DNA of 64,000 bases, from contig NC_092672.1 of assembly GCF_964355755.1 (NCBI RefSeq), forward strand, positions 806,001 through 870,000. The letters are read 5' to 3'. The position numbers were made by a program, and so were the translations under genes. The notes beneath the pieces are model-generated. The model did no database searches. It saw only the letters and a program-made list of their open reading frames with translations, and was not told the DNA's origin. Positions 1 through 13,821 of the stretch are shown here, in pieces (the stretch's first letter is position 1; each line of letters opens with the position of its first letter). This DNA comes from Antedon mediterranea (taxonomy: Eukaryota; Animalia; Echinodermata).

Positions 1-317
1 AAATATTCAATATATAAATAGAATTTATATAAAAGCAAAACTGAAAGTAGGCTGTAGCTTTCATTTGGGAAATTGTAAGTAATTTGATATTGACATAATT
101 GAACACGTCATTTTAATTGATTTTATGTCTTAATTTGTAACCAGCTAGATTAAAAAAAACACAAGCCAAGGTTAAAGAAAGTATTGAGCATCCCTATAAA
201 TGAATGGTATAGTCCTATGAACCCCAGTGAGGTATTCACTCTCTCCCTGACATTTCTGTTTGGTTCACATGCCAATATGCATCGCCAGGAAAAACATTAT
301 AAATCTAACCGTCTACT

Positions 318-420
318 CTAGTCTACATTATCAAACTTTAAGGGACGAAAAAAATGTGATGTGCTCAAATATGGAGATGATGATGTCATAACTACCATAT
401 TTGAGTATATCACTACCATA
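318..420. mobile_element. Truncated copy of MITE family A
   Basis: gtctacattatcaaacttt terminus plus the internal gatgtgctcaaatatgg/catcactaccatat modules shared with the full copies. Confidence 0.7.
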
Positions 421-2656
421 TAAATATAAATCTATCTTCGGAATAGAAACATTTGAATTTATAATTTCAATGTTTCAGAATTTAAATGTTGATGTTGTAT
501 TAGGCAATTAATGTTGACATTGCGGACATTGGTTTCAAAATGATAAATAACAAATGGAGAATTCCTTGAACTAAGTTTCAATTTCTTTAATTCTTCATCA
601 TACACTTTTAATGCATCCAATTTTAAAGCGAAACAAACAACAATAATGATAACAAATGATAAAATTGCATTACTATAATAGTTACTAACAAGAAAATAAG
701 TAATTCTTTTCAAAGCTTTCACAAACTAAAGCCAGGAATTTAGTCTAGAAATCACATTTCTAAACGACAAATATAAATAAAAATTGTCCAAACGTTATCA
801 ATACATTGTCGAATATTTCCTGATTTTCCAATAATCAACGGAAAAAGCGTGTTTTATTTTGCCGATTAAGCTAAAAATTTTGTCAAATTTTTTGTTCATC
901 AGTCTTAATAAGCAAAGAATGGAGACTTATTTGTCTACGAGTCATAATAATTATCACATTGATGGCGTCGATGCAGTATATGTAAAATCTACAAATTCTC
1001 TATTCATTCTCCATCATTACGCTATTTAGCCAAATTAAGGACTTTCCAGCGAGTGTTCCACAATTTGTGTCTAAATGTTAAATATCTTTATCTTGCATAA
1101 CTGCATTTGGAAAGTAGACGCTGATATTTGTAAAAGTGAAATAAGTTTTTATTTAGAAAAAAAAAATATAGGAAGCTATATTAATGCTTAAGTATTAATC
1201 TTAAAACACCCAAAATAATAAAAAAATATATGAAGTTGCCCAAAATGGACAAAGATTGACACTAAATAAATACCTCCTGTACTAGGAACAAGGCCTATAG
1301 ACATGACAGAAAAAGTATATTATTTATGCATATTTTTGAAGGAAAACATATTTCAGATTTTTCTTTTGAGTCATATTTTGTAGTATACGAATTTGAAGAT
1401 GGCTTAATGTTCACTTAAGTTTCTTTATCCGAGACTTAGTTTAGCTTAATTCATCAGGTAATTGAGAATTAAGAATTAGTGCTTTTTGAAAGGCACGAGA
1501 TGAATAGCAGCATTTCACTATTACTGAAGAAAGGTCATTAAACTTCTAGGTTTACAAACGAAATTGATGTCAAACTTTAGATTCAGTATTGGTTATTAGT
1601 TTGCAGGTTTATGAGTGATACATAATGATTAAGGATAAAAAGCATGGGATGGAGAAAAGGTCACAGGATGAAAAAAAAATGAGGTAGTCCTTGGGAAGGA
1701 AGGAAAAGAGAGTAGATTTTGGGAAAGAGAATAGAAGGCATATGTTAGAAAAGAAAGGAGGGCAAATACTTTGTTGTGAGGTAAAATATTATAAATTAGG
1801 TTAAGAAAAAGTGACTAATGAACATTACGTTTACTAACGACTACTCTGCAAAATACTACAGTATTTATTTGAGCAACTTGAGAAAGACTGTCGAATAAAT
1901 GTAAAATTATTTTCTAGTTTTCCTACACAAATTAAAACAGAAATGTTTCTATTTAACAGAAAATGAAAAGTTGTAGTTTAAATCTAGGTATCGATATAAA
2001 TTGAGGTCAATCATCTGACACAAGGCACACGATAGCTGTCAATATTATGTGAAATCTAAAGCTATTTAAATATTTATGTGAATATTTTACCAAACAAATC
2101 ATTATGCTTGATAGATTATTTGTGTCTACAGTACTATGCCATCACCACTAATTTACTGTTTGTTTTGGTTTAACACAAGCTTTGTATCTTAATTTAGATC
2201 ATGACAGAAATATAATGTCAACATATAAGTGTTGTTTATTGTTAAAATGTGGTGAAATGTAGACAATGATAGAAAGATTATGTCATCAAAAAATGTTGTT
2301 TGTTGTTCAATGTGTTGAACATGTCAAAAACAGTGTACTGCCCTCACACCAGCATCAATGATTAACAATTATAATTTGTGAATAATGTGACATATAATTC
2401 TTTATTCTTTATTTAGTTAAAATTAAGAAGAGATTAAATTAATATCTATTCTGTATATTTTAAAGTTTTATTGATAGATATACTCTAGTTATCAGCAACA
2501 AAAGTTGATAATATACTTAGAAAACAAGAAACCAAGATTGCACTGCTGAAACGTTCAATTTAATATATAATTGCTGCAAATTTCATTTAATTTTTAAGAA
2601 ACATTAAAAACAAGAGATAATCTAATTATTATTTTGCTTTTTTCATTTTATGATAG

Positions 2657-2823
2657 TTCTGAACAACAAAAGTTACTTTGAAAGAGAAGACATTGTTTTC
2701 TTCAAGTGAAGATATTATGAAAGTTTAAAAAACAGAGGAAATCTGAATATTAAGCTTATTTTATTTTAATAATTCTGGACAACAAAAGTTACTTGAAAAG
2801 ACTTTGTTTTCTTCAAGTGAAGA
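2657..2823. repeat. Spaced direct duplication of about 55 bp
   Basis: ttctg(a/g)acaacaaaagttactt...ttgttttcttcaagtgaaga at about 2657 and 2773. Confidence 0.8.
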
Positions 2824-2932
2824 AAACATCAATATTAAGAATTTCATGACAGTTATAATATAAGCTAGAAAATAGAAAAACAAACAACTCTGCAGCATCC
2901 TAGCAGGCTAGGCTGAAACTTTTGGCTGTGAA

Positions 2933-3076
2933 TCAAATTGAGTATAATAACGGAGGCCAGCTGGAATTCCTAAGCAACTTGAGATGGACCTTCCCTAGCA
3001 AAAGCGTTGCCTCGAACTTCTCCTGACCCCGAATCTGATTGCCTTTCAGCTTGCTCCAGTTCGGTATCTGAGGCAG
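2933..3076 (-). CDS. Candidate terminal coding exon of MN1 (frame uncertain)
   Basis: GC-rich island after the acceptor ttttttgaccttctgcgtag| (3077/3076). Phase 1, which fits the 45504 donor, reads AASDTELEQAERQSDSGSGEVRGNAFAREGPSQVA* (stop ends 2970). Phase 0 reads LPQIPNWSKLKGNQIRGQEKFEATLLLGKVHLKLLRNSSWPPLLYSI* (stop ends 2933). Confidence 0.35.
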   Translation of the reverse strand: MPQIPNWSKLKGNQIRGQEKFEATLLLGKVHLKLLRNSSWPPLLYSI

Positions 3077-3871
3077 CTACGCAGAAGGTCAAAAAACCCA
3101 TGCTTATAAATGTCACAAGATTGCATGCTAATTTTTATTCTGGGAAATTAAATTGGGCAACATATCCGAATGATTTTAATAGCTTTTTATTATATATTAA
3201 ATATCTATTACTATTTTGAATATTGTTGATGATTGTTTAAATCTATAAACAAGTACAATCTTCTTAAACTAGGATGCCTAAGATGATGAAGCTATTTATA
3301 GACAGACATAAAAATTCTATTTTACCATGAAAAATACAGAACTTTGTTCAAAATCGAAAAGAAAGAAAAAAAGAAGAAAAAAATGACATGTATAGTAATT
3401 TTAAGCAAAATGAAACACTAAATTGATTATTTATTTATTTTAGATATTTACAATTTTATATTGATAAAATAATTAATATAATAAAAATGACAAAATAGTA
3501 TTTGAATTGCAAAATTTTCAAACTAAATTTGACGTAAAAAGGCAGAATAATTACATGCAATGTTAATAGTAAACATGTTGAGATGTTTTATTCAAATAGA
3601 GAGAGGTAATTGATAACATACTCTGCAGGGGATAAAAGCTGAGATACGTATTAAAGGTGACAAGGTATGGCGTAAAACAAAGGACAGCAGATACGCAACA
3701 AAATATGCATTTCAGTTTTAAATATTCACGTAAAATTGGATAAAGAATGGAAATTTTAAAAATGCTGAAAACGGTCAATGATGAAAATGAAGATTAATAT
3801 TATTAACATTTCTATCAATTATTCTAATCAATAACTTATTGATGGATCCAGGATTTTGAAATAGGGCCTAA

Positions 3872-4023
3872 AGCTCTGTCTACACTATCAAACTAGTTTG
3901 ACAAAAAACGTGTGATGTGCCCAAATATAGTAGTGATATACCCGATATACCCAAATATGGTAGTGATATGACATCATGTCCACATTTTTTTGTCACATAA
4001 AGTTTGATAGTGTAGACAGAGTT
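3872..4023. mobile_element. MITE family A (PIF/Harbinger, Tourist-like)
   Basis: TIR AGCTCTGTCTACACTATCAAACT / AGTTTGATAGTGTAGACAGAGTT, flanked by TAA on both sides. Confidence 0.85.
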
Positions 4024-4960
4024 TAAAAGTGGTGAAATAAAATGCCGAACTTAATTTGATGTCCTATCTTTTGCATTACAATTAAATCTACTTTTGTTAC
4101 TATTAGGTATAACAATGATTTAAAACTTAACAATGAGGATGTCATTGCAGATGATAAACTGATTATATTGACAATGATGATTGATGTAACAATAATGATT
4201 ATGAAGATTAATTATTTTGAAGATAAGATTAATGATTGATACTGATAACATAATATGATGATGATTCTGATAGTGAAGGTAGTAAGTAGTCAAGTTCAAT
4301 CCATAGAAGTGAGCACATAGAATCTCTAAACCAATCGGACTGAAACACAATACCAAAGTCCCAGTGGGACGTCTGCATATGTCAAAAAGAAGATTCCAAG
4401 TAAGATTCTTCAGCTAGGATATTTCTTCAATCTCTCAGATTTTGTCAACTTGATCATTTCATATATTAATTGCTGGATGGTTTAGATTTTCCCTCTTTAT
4501 GTTATTAAATAAAAATAATAAACTTTTGTAAAGCACTATTTACTGATCAACAAGAATTATTGAAAAGGTGAGATTTTAGAAGTGACTTGAATTGCTTAAG
4601 ATTGAGTGGAAGCTGCTTTCAAACTAGTGGTGCAAAAATTACTATAGCTTCTATTTATCTCTTTTAATCATTTTTGTGAAAGTAATCAAGTAAGTTTACC
4701 TTTAAGTAAGACACTTTGTTGGTTTTGATCTGCTAAGTTTTGGCAATCTGGTACAACCTTCTTGAGATTTTCAAAAGAATTCTTGATAGTTTCTCGTCGT
4801 TTTTGCTCGGACAATTTATGTTGCGTCCGTCGGTCAACTTGTTCAACTATATTAAGATAAAAACAAAGAATATGTTAAAAAAATATAATGATGTTAACAG
4901 AAATAGAACAAATATTTTTAGGAGTGAGTTGTTATGTATAAAATGACATGTCATTGCGAA

Positions 4961-5137
4961 GGCTCTATCTACACTATCAAACTTTAAAAAAACGTGATTT
5001 GCTCATTAATGGACATGATGATGTCACTACTATATTTGGGCATATACCTAATATATTTGGGCATATGACACTTTGTGATATTTTGTGATTGTTTGTGATT
5101 ACTTTTGTCAAACTAGTTTGATAGTGTAGACAGAGCT
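4961..5137. mobile_element. MITE family A, opposite orientation
   Basis: Same TIRs and internal modules, inverted relative to the 3872 copy. Confidence 0.85.
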
Positions 5138-6160
5138 CGAAGTAATGTATTACATAATAATATGTGATAAGAGGCATACAGTATGCATTCACAAAGCAAA
5201 TAGCAATGTTATTATTCTATGATTTCAATAATTAATGTGATCTTATTCCGCTCACATTTACAAAAGCACACGATGCACATATTAATGTAGTAGTATGTCT
5301 CAATACTTCTTAATAGAAATTAGAATTAGCATTTAATGTTACAAAAACATGTTAATGTGGTTTAAAACAAGGTTAGCTCTTTTAGATACATTTGATACAG
5401 TTTAGCTAACACAACCTTTAGGCTTTGCGGGGAGGGATTAAACACTTTTACGCTTTACTCTTCCAAATGCAGTCTGCCATTTCATTCAATATACAGTATT
5501 ATATGTGTATTAATTACAGTTTATTTTAGGATTGTGAGGAAGGGGATATTTTAACTTCTTTACTACTGTATTTGTGAGTTGATATGTCAACTGTCTTCTC
5601 ACAAATTCACACATTCTCATTGTATTCATAATACAGTAGTATGTATAAAAGCTCTATGTTTGGTGGGGATAATTTTAATTCTCTCTTCCTTGTGGGTTGA
5701 TCTACAACTGCCTCCTAACACCATTTAGTCTGCCATTTCTTTACACAATAGTATGTAACTACTGGAAATGAAGGATTGTAGAAGGATAATATGAACTAAA
5801 CTAAAACGTTAATCCCACAAAACATAAATTGAAGAAATGTTTTTGAATTTAAACTTAAATTTATTTATAGTACGAATAAACAATTTAAATTATTTTTCTC
5901 AGAAAATGAAAAGTATAAAAAGGTATTTTGTAGTGCACACAGGAAGACTGGCTCACAACTACCAATGCACAGACACACATCTCTAGTTGCAGAATTGCTG
6001 GAGGGATTCAAGTCTAAATTGGAGTTCTGTTAACATATTTTGGCATTTTTCATGCTTAAATGCAGATCTTTAAAATGACTTAATAGAGTATGATCCAGAA
6101 CATGAACGCGGACAAAAACATGCAGAATGAGTTTTACAGTTAATTACACAAATTTGTAAT

Positions 6161-6335
6161 CCTAAAGGGTGTTCGCATCCACCTCTAAGGTACTTAAAGG
6201 GTGTTCGCACCCATGTCTAAGGTACTTAAATCCTAAAGCGTGTTCACAATTATGTCTAAGGTACCTAATTTTAAAGGCTGTTCGCACTCATGTTTAAGGT
6301 ACTAAAGGGTGTTCGCACTCATGTTTAAAGTACTT
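6161..6335. repeat. Degenerate 31-39 bp tandem repeat, about 5 copies
   Basis: taaagggtgttcgcac(c/t)catgt(c/t)taaggtact recurs five times. Confidence 0.85.
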
Positions 6336-6864
6336 GAATGGGTTCAGCAGTGGTTCAAACTACATTTGTGCAGTTCAAAATATAGTGAAAACATGGAAGA
6401 AGGGCTCATGGGTGTTGTAGTATCTTTTTGCATATTTTGATGCCTCAAAGATGACAAGCTTAAATAAATAAATTTCTAGTATTTATAATCGGTTTGGATT
6501 TACATTTTTAAATTATTCATTAAACAAAATGATAGAAGTAACATCGTTACTTAACATGACATCCAATAAAATTGAAATATTGAATAATTGTTTTGTCAAT
6601 TCTAAATTCGTCTTAAATTATTCAGGTAATTTGACTGATTTTGAGAGAATACTAAGAATAGAGACTTAGTGTGTAGTGCAACAGTCATTAAGCATGAGGA
6701 TTTTCAGCTTAAAGGGAAGAGATCAAAGACCTTGTATTAAAGCCGTTCACTCACAAATTGACTATAAAAAGGGAAGATAAATTTTGCAATCACAAATGAA
6801 TACAAATCTGACATATTTTATTTATTTCTATTTTTTTAAAAATGAAATAAGACCAAAATGATGA

Positions 6865-7144
6865 AACATATAGGGCATACATTACAACATATAGGGCATA
6901 CATTACAACATATAGGGCATACATTACAACATATAGGGCATACATTACAACATATAGGGCATACATTACAACATATAGGGCATACATTACAACATATAGG
7001 GCATACATTACAACATATAGGGCATACATTACAACATATAGGGCATACATTACAACATATAGGGCATACATTACAACATATAGGGCATACATTACAACAT
7101 ATAGGGCATACATATAGGGCATACATATAGGGCATACATTACAA
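6865..7144. repeat. 21-bp minisatellite (ACATATAGGGCATACATTACA), 11 perfect copies plus shortened terminal units
   Basis: Directly visible; source of the HIGHTLQ and CPICCNV pseudo-ORFs. Confidence 0.97.
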
Positions 7145-10100
7145 CTGATAATGCAATAACAATAATAACAAATATAAAATAGGTATGGTCCTGACAATGT
7201 TTGACAGTCATACAATTAAATTTGTAATTAAAATTAATTAATTCATTCATTACATAAATTTATTCATGAACAGTTTAAGATAATTTTAACATAAATTGAA
7301 ACCAAAAACAAACTATCTTCCTTTGCTTCCAAATTATATTAATTATTTAAAATTAAGAATAAATTATTACAAAATAACTGAATTTATTTTCACAAACCTA
7401 TTGTATTCCTTAAAATAAAGTACTAATATGTTGAAAAGAAACTCTTGACACCAGTGTGTACAGAGAGTGGCATTTCTGGCAAATTGTATGTATATTCTTA
7501 AGAAAATGTGTTCATTTTAGCAACCCTTGGCTCGAACGAACACGTACGACATACATTCAAAAGCCCATGAGCTTTACTTAGAATTAATTACAGCATTACG
7601 TATTCAATTAATGTTAACGCAGTATTTCCACGTAGATAATAATATCATAAAAATGATTGTGGCAGTGAGAAGTATAAACAGCTGATGTTAAATTGTAAAT
7701 TTAGAACTGTTTTATGAGTTCGGATTTGGAAGAATGGGAAAATTATTTTATTAAATATTAATTGAAAGCAGATGTAGGGAACATGAACATAGTTTAACAT
7801 GCCTATATATTTTGCAACTTAAAAAATAATAATAATTTAAACTTGATAAAGTGTTTTATGAAGTCACAATGATCAGAAAAATATATATTTAAGCAAAATG
7901 TTTTTGGAAAGAAAATTAAGTTTTGTTCTTAGACATTTGACTGGATGCTTCGCTATACCATGGACCTGTAGTATTATTATATAATTTGTTTATATGTACA
8001 GTACACACTAATGTGAAGATAACGGTTGTTTTTGATCTAGCTAACTAACTTGCATCCGCACTAAACAACCAGTATCAGTAATCAACATAAATTTTAATAT
8101 TTCAATACTAAATTAATGATGTATTTTGATAAAACAATAGATCATTTTATATATATATATATATATAGAATCATCATTATTTCACAATCAAAATCAATAT
8201 CAAGTTGTACAAAATAATACTAATTATGATAAAATGTTAATTATTTTATAATATGTTTCATTCTACAATAGGATACAATTTCATATTTGGTAATAAACAA
8301 ACGTGAGATCAATTACTGTGTTCAAAACCTGACAGATCAAGTGTAACTACCAGATAATAGGTTTTGAATTTTGTGCTAATTTGAATTCATCATAGTAAGC
8401 TTAATGTTGACTACTTTAGCCAATTACAATTAAGAAAGAAGACAAATGAACCATACATGTAGGTAAATATTTTTCATATAGTAATTTTTCCTATAGTAAG
8501 AATGTAATAAATAACTATCTGTAGTATTATTTAAGTAACTCTACAAAAGAATATTTTAGTACACAGGGAATAATTTTGACAGTGCAAAAAGCTACTACTT
8601 TTTACACATTTATAAAAAACTGAATAGCAAAAACTGTAATACAAAACTATGTTTTATCTCAAAATGTTTCAGATTGTTTTATTACCAATATTGAAACTTA
8701 AGGGAAATGCAAAGTTGTTCAGTAGGTGTTTCTATTAGTTGACAAAAACTGAAAAATTTAGCGTTAAATGTCATTCAAATCATAAATTTCTCATTTTCAA
8801 ATGTTTTTGATCTGCACCAATAAGTATAGATAATCTACAGTAACGTTGTTTTTTGAAAGAGTATTATTAAGTTAGTTGTAAAAAATAAATGAAGGTTGAA
8901 AATTATTTTAAACCAAAATTAATTTGTATATTATCTATCAATCATCGCAAAAAGAAATCGCACAAACATATTCTAAGAATTGTATCATTTGAATATCTAT
9001 AACATCAAACTCTATGTGTCGTAACCAACTCGGTCAAAATACATAATTTTCAATAATCGTCAAATTATGACTAATCACTGTAAATTTCAATAAAACACAT
9101 TTTACACCAATTCTGACAGTTTTTGTAGAACATTCTATATCAATTTATTATTTTAAAAGGAAGTTGATGACTTGGGTTTTTATAATTTAAAAAAACTTCT
9201 AAAATGAAAAATAATATAGATATTATTTTTACAATATTTTAAATACGAGACATAAATTTAATAAATTCTTTTCTTTATTTAAAAGTTATGTAAAATAAAT
9301 TTTATTTTGCAGTTTAACATTTGTGCATAAATAGTTGTTTGTATTTTGTTATTTTGGAAAATAATGTTTCATCAAAACAATTGACATGTTCTTGTGCATC
9401 GTAAAAAAACAAACACAAATTCTTTATCACTTTATTAAACAATTTCATTTTAGTACAAACATTATGAATAATAATATTTCGACATATGATATCCACTTGA
9501 ACTTTGACCAATCAAAGTACTTGCCAAAAATGCTGTGGTATCCAAAAGAAATAATGGCACGCATACTGTAGGAAGATAGAAAAGTAGCAGGAGGCCATTG
9601 AGAAGCTTTGAACGTTTACTGATGAAACTCATCCAGCTCCTATTCTACTACCTACCACAAGAAATTGTTTGTATCTAAAGTTAATACCAACATCGGACAC
9701 TCTTGGATTTGCCTATATGCCCAGTTTTCTCAAAAGTCTGATATTCTGAATTTGTTTTTAATGCTTAAAAAAGAATTTGGGAGCTTTTGGACCTGACAAA
9801 CACTTTATAATTCAGTATAAAGTAAACCAAAAATTGAAATATTTAGCTGGTAGTACCATGCATATGTTGCTTTTGTTCTGTAATCGTTAGACGCAACGGT
9901 ATAGAAATTAAATACACTAAAATAAAAATTGAACTTTATTAGTTCTCAAAAATATATGTATATATTGTAAATTTAGATCCATTAACATTTAAATATAATT
10001 TGGTTCCCATGATAAACATATTTAAGTAATAATTAAGTTCAACATTTATTGTTTAGTTTGAAACTCTCACATTCTACCAATCTGGATCATCTTACAAAGT

Positions 10101-13100
10101 TCAAGACTATTTGTACAAAATTTACCTCAACTTCAACCCAATGCATGTCCTTAATTGAATTTAAGTATAAACTTAATGCTTGGTGGTAGAACTTCATCAG
10201 TGGAATAAAGAAACACATAAAATTAAATTAAGTCAGTCAGATTATCTTTCAAAGTAGATATTTTAGTTAAAGTATTTCAAGTGGAATTCTTTTATTATGG
10301 TGTAATGTCGTGGACCTTGTAATAATTTGATTACATTTTCCTAAATCTTTAAGTAAAGTTGCATTGCTTTACAAATTAAACATGGGTCTATGACCACTAG
10401 TGCCCTAACACTAAACAAATAAAATGGAAATTGGAAAATCAACCAAATGCATAAAAAGTTCTAAAAGCATCGTAAAAAAAAACAACTACCAGTTTAGTCA
10501 TCATTTCAAACTGGTCAAACATCTTTTCAATAAATGTTTATTTTTTATTTTATAAATATCATCAAATAAATACTGTCATCTCAAAAACTATAAAAGTAAA
10601 TTAAAGATTTTGAAATTTTGTAATAACTTATATAAATTGCATTTGTATTGTTTTAAATTTAATAAAAAATAATATTATCTTTAAATAAAATAAAATTGAT
10701 TGAAGATTTATTAATATTAAACAGAGTAAATATTATATATAAATATATAATATATACAGTATACCGTAATATTAATTTTCCTGTCTTCATAGAGTTAGAT
10801 AATAATCTGTCCTCGCACTTAGCGAATGATGGTACTTACTTTATGAGTGACTATAGCTTACAAAGAGTTAAATACTTTACCATTTCAATTTACAAATATT
10901 AAGAATCTTCCATTACACTAACAAGAATAAAATAGCTTAAAGGGATAAAAACCAAAAAAAATATTTTAATATCAAAATGAGCCCGAGACAGAAAAATTAA
11001 ACCAAGAAGATAGAAAATAAGCGTTTAAATGATGTCTAAATTATCCATAATTCACACAACATTTACTTCAAAGTTTGCAGTTGGGTAATTGAAAGCAATA
11101 GAAATCACATAAATGCACACAAATCATTAGAAATAATAAAGACATCCATTAAAGACAAAGACTGACAGCTACACATGGAAGCGATGACGATCAATGCACG
11201 GACCAATCAGAAACAAGCGTACACACAGGTATGTCTGGAAGAATGCCTCGTTGATTAATACCAATGAATGTGATGACAGGAGAACATGAACTCACAACAT
11301 TCATCATTGACAAACACAGTTGTGAGTTATGATGGAATTGATTGTGAACATTGATAGTGTAGGCCTTATAGGCCAGTTAATGTAGGGCACTAAGAATGGC
11401 TTCTAGGTCTAGGGCAGTTTCTTACTGTAAATAACAGGTGCATTTATGATATCAATTTAGTGGATGTTTAACATTCATAAGGCTGCATATCATTTCAGTA
11501 TAGTCAAGGTCAGACTGGCAATAATATAGTGATGTCATAAATCTGAAGAACAGATCATCATAATTTTATTATTCACATAAACAATAAGCATGTTTTGTAT
11601 ATGTAGCAACATTTATTTTAATAACAACATTTATGTAAAAACATACCTGGAAGACATAACATCATTTATTTTTGAAGAAGGAAGTTTCATATGTTGTTGA
11701 TACGTTTTCATTTCTACCGCAAGCAATTTTAAAAGTCGATAAACATTATATTCACAAAATGACAAAAGCCTTAAGGTCAAAATATTCATGTTTGAACAAG
11801 CATTCTTTTGTATCTTATTCTTTATACATTTTTAATTGATTTGAAATGCTTTAAGAAGGTTATAGTTGTCAACTAGTATGGATGAGCAAATTACATCTGC
11901 TATTTTTATTTGTGTATTTCCACTTGTTTGCAATTCTTCTACTATCATATTGTTCTCTCATTGAGGAGTGAAGGGCTAATGTCGGTTTATCCATGTAACC
12001 TGGGCACATAATAGGCTTACAAAACAACAATGGTGTTTAGCTTTACCTAGATAAACTGACATTAGCCCTATCCAGAGGGAGAAATACAAAAATAAGGATT
12101 TGTGTGAAAAAAGTAAAATAAGTTTCAGATAGATAGATTTGTAAAAAAGTTCACATTGTTAAAAATTCCAACCCTTCTAATCTGCAATATTAATTTTTAC
12201 AAGATAGTAAAATATAATGATATTGACCCATTTTAAGGCAGCCTAGTTTTCCAGTTAATTGCAAAGAAACAAGATTATATTACCATGTTTCCATCACATA
12301 TTTTACCGCTATATCAACATAAACTAAAAACTACAGATACGTTTACACCGGTGCGGCTTGCATGTTTACCCACGATGCATTTGCATCAGGCAGCAAAAGA
12401 CCGCACATGAGGCAGAAGATATGTACATTGTCATGATAAATAGAAAGGTATCCTCTATAAAAACCTACTACTGTTTTAACTGCATGTGTTTAATAAGACG
12501 AAGTATTGAATAGGACGAACAATGTTGATAATCTGCCACTCAAGTTGATTGACTGGTAGAATCAATTGGATTGTTTACATTACATAGGTAACCAGTGAGG
12601 CTTGAAGTAGGCTTAGATTAACCCTAAATAAACTTAAGCTGATACCATTAACAAAAGCAACCAATGGCTTAAATTGTTCTAAAAAGCCTCAAGGAGGGCT
12701 AATAGTTACTACTGATTATCTTGTGTTTTAAGTCCTTCCTATTAGGGTGCAAATAAGCCATAATTTGGCCAATAAATGTCACCTTTCGTTATATTTTTAA
12801 CCACACAGTCTCAGATGAGCTTGAAGTCTAGCCGAGGATTTGTTCAAATCACCTTTAATTAATACCGCTTAGTCAGCACTATTGGTATATTTTAAAGATT
12901 GGGTTGCAAATTAGTTCTATAGTTATACAGTATACTTAAAGAACAATTTTAATAACCAAATAATTTACCAAAACCATATTAGTGCAGTATTTCAAAATTA
13001 ATCCAATTCATCTATTCAGTGGAAAATTACTTTTTTCCTTTCAAAGTCTATTTCAAAATTAACTTAGTAAAACAAATTTAGCTATCTGTGTATGATATTT

Positions 13101-13482
13101 AGACAACAACAGAATTTTTATACACATACATTCATTACAATAGTATAGTAGTATCTAATTATTTTATATCGCATTCTAAAATTATAATATCAAATCATTT
13201 TAGTATTTTCAAAGATCATCACCATTTTATTAAATGTTCCCAAAACACTTATTTATATAATCACCAAGGATAGTTACCATGACGATGAAATCCTCAAGAT
13301 TTCCTCCTCCTAAATAAAGACATTACGATATGATGGCGTTACTCTGTGCTTGGGTTTTAAGCACTTTGTGTAAGCACACAAGTGCCAACTAAGTCTGATG
13401 GAATTACACTAAATTTGTTCGGAGAAGAGAAGGATCTGTCCTAATTACATAATTTATAATTAGATTCTACAGTAATGCTGTA

Positions 13483-13821
13483 AATAATGATGAAACTAAT
13501 AATGAAAATAATGATGAAACTAATGATGAAATTAATGATAAAATTAATGATGAAAACAATGATGAAAAATAAGACTGAAATATAATGAAGAAATATAAGA
13601 AATATAATGAAGAAAAATAATGATAACAATAATGATGAAAATAATGAAATTAATGATGAAAATAATGATGACATTTATGATGAAATTAATGATGAAACAT
13701 TAATTATGAAAAAAATGATGAAAACAATATGATGAAAATGATGAAAAATAATGATGAAAATAAATAATAAACATAATGATGAAAATAATGATAAAAATAA
13801 TGAATAAAATAAATAAATGAT
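13483..13821. repeat. Low-complexity (AATAATGATGAA)-like degenerate repeat
   Basis: Run of aat/gat/gaa triplets with interspersed stops. Confidence 0.85.

Noticed and set aside
440-1140. 87-aa ORF and a CGT-RW-like snippet suggesting a decayed hAT transposase
   Set aside because: Too fragmentary to support without a translated search.
6790-7215. Cys-rich (CPICCNV)n, (HIGHTLQ)n and (MYALYVV)n ORFs that resemble metallothionein or repeat proteins
   Set aside because: Translations of a perfect 21-bp minisatellite, open in several frames on both strands, with no synonymous variation or splice context.
13441-13821. Asn/Asp/Glu-rich or hydrophobic ORF
   Set aside because: Degenerate trinucleotide-like low-complexity repeat with stops.
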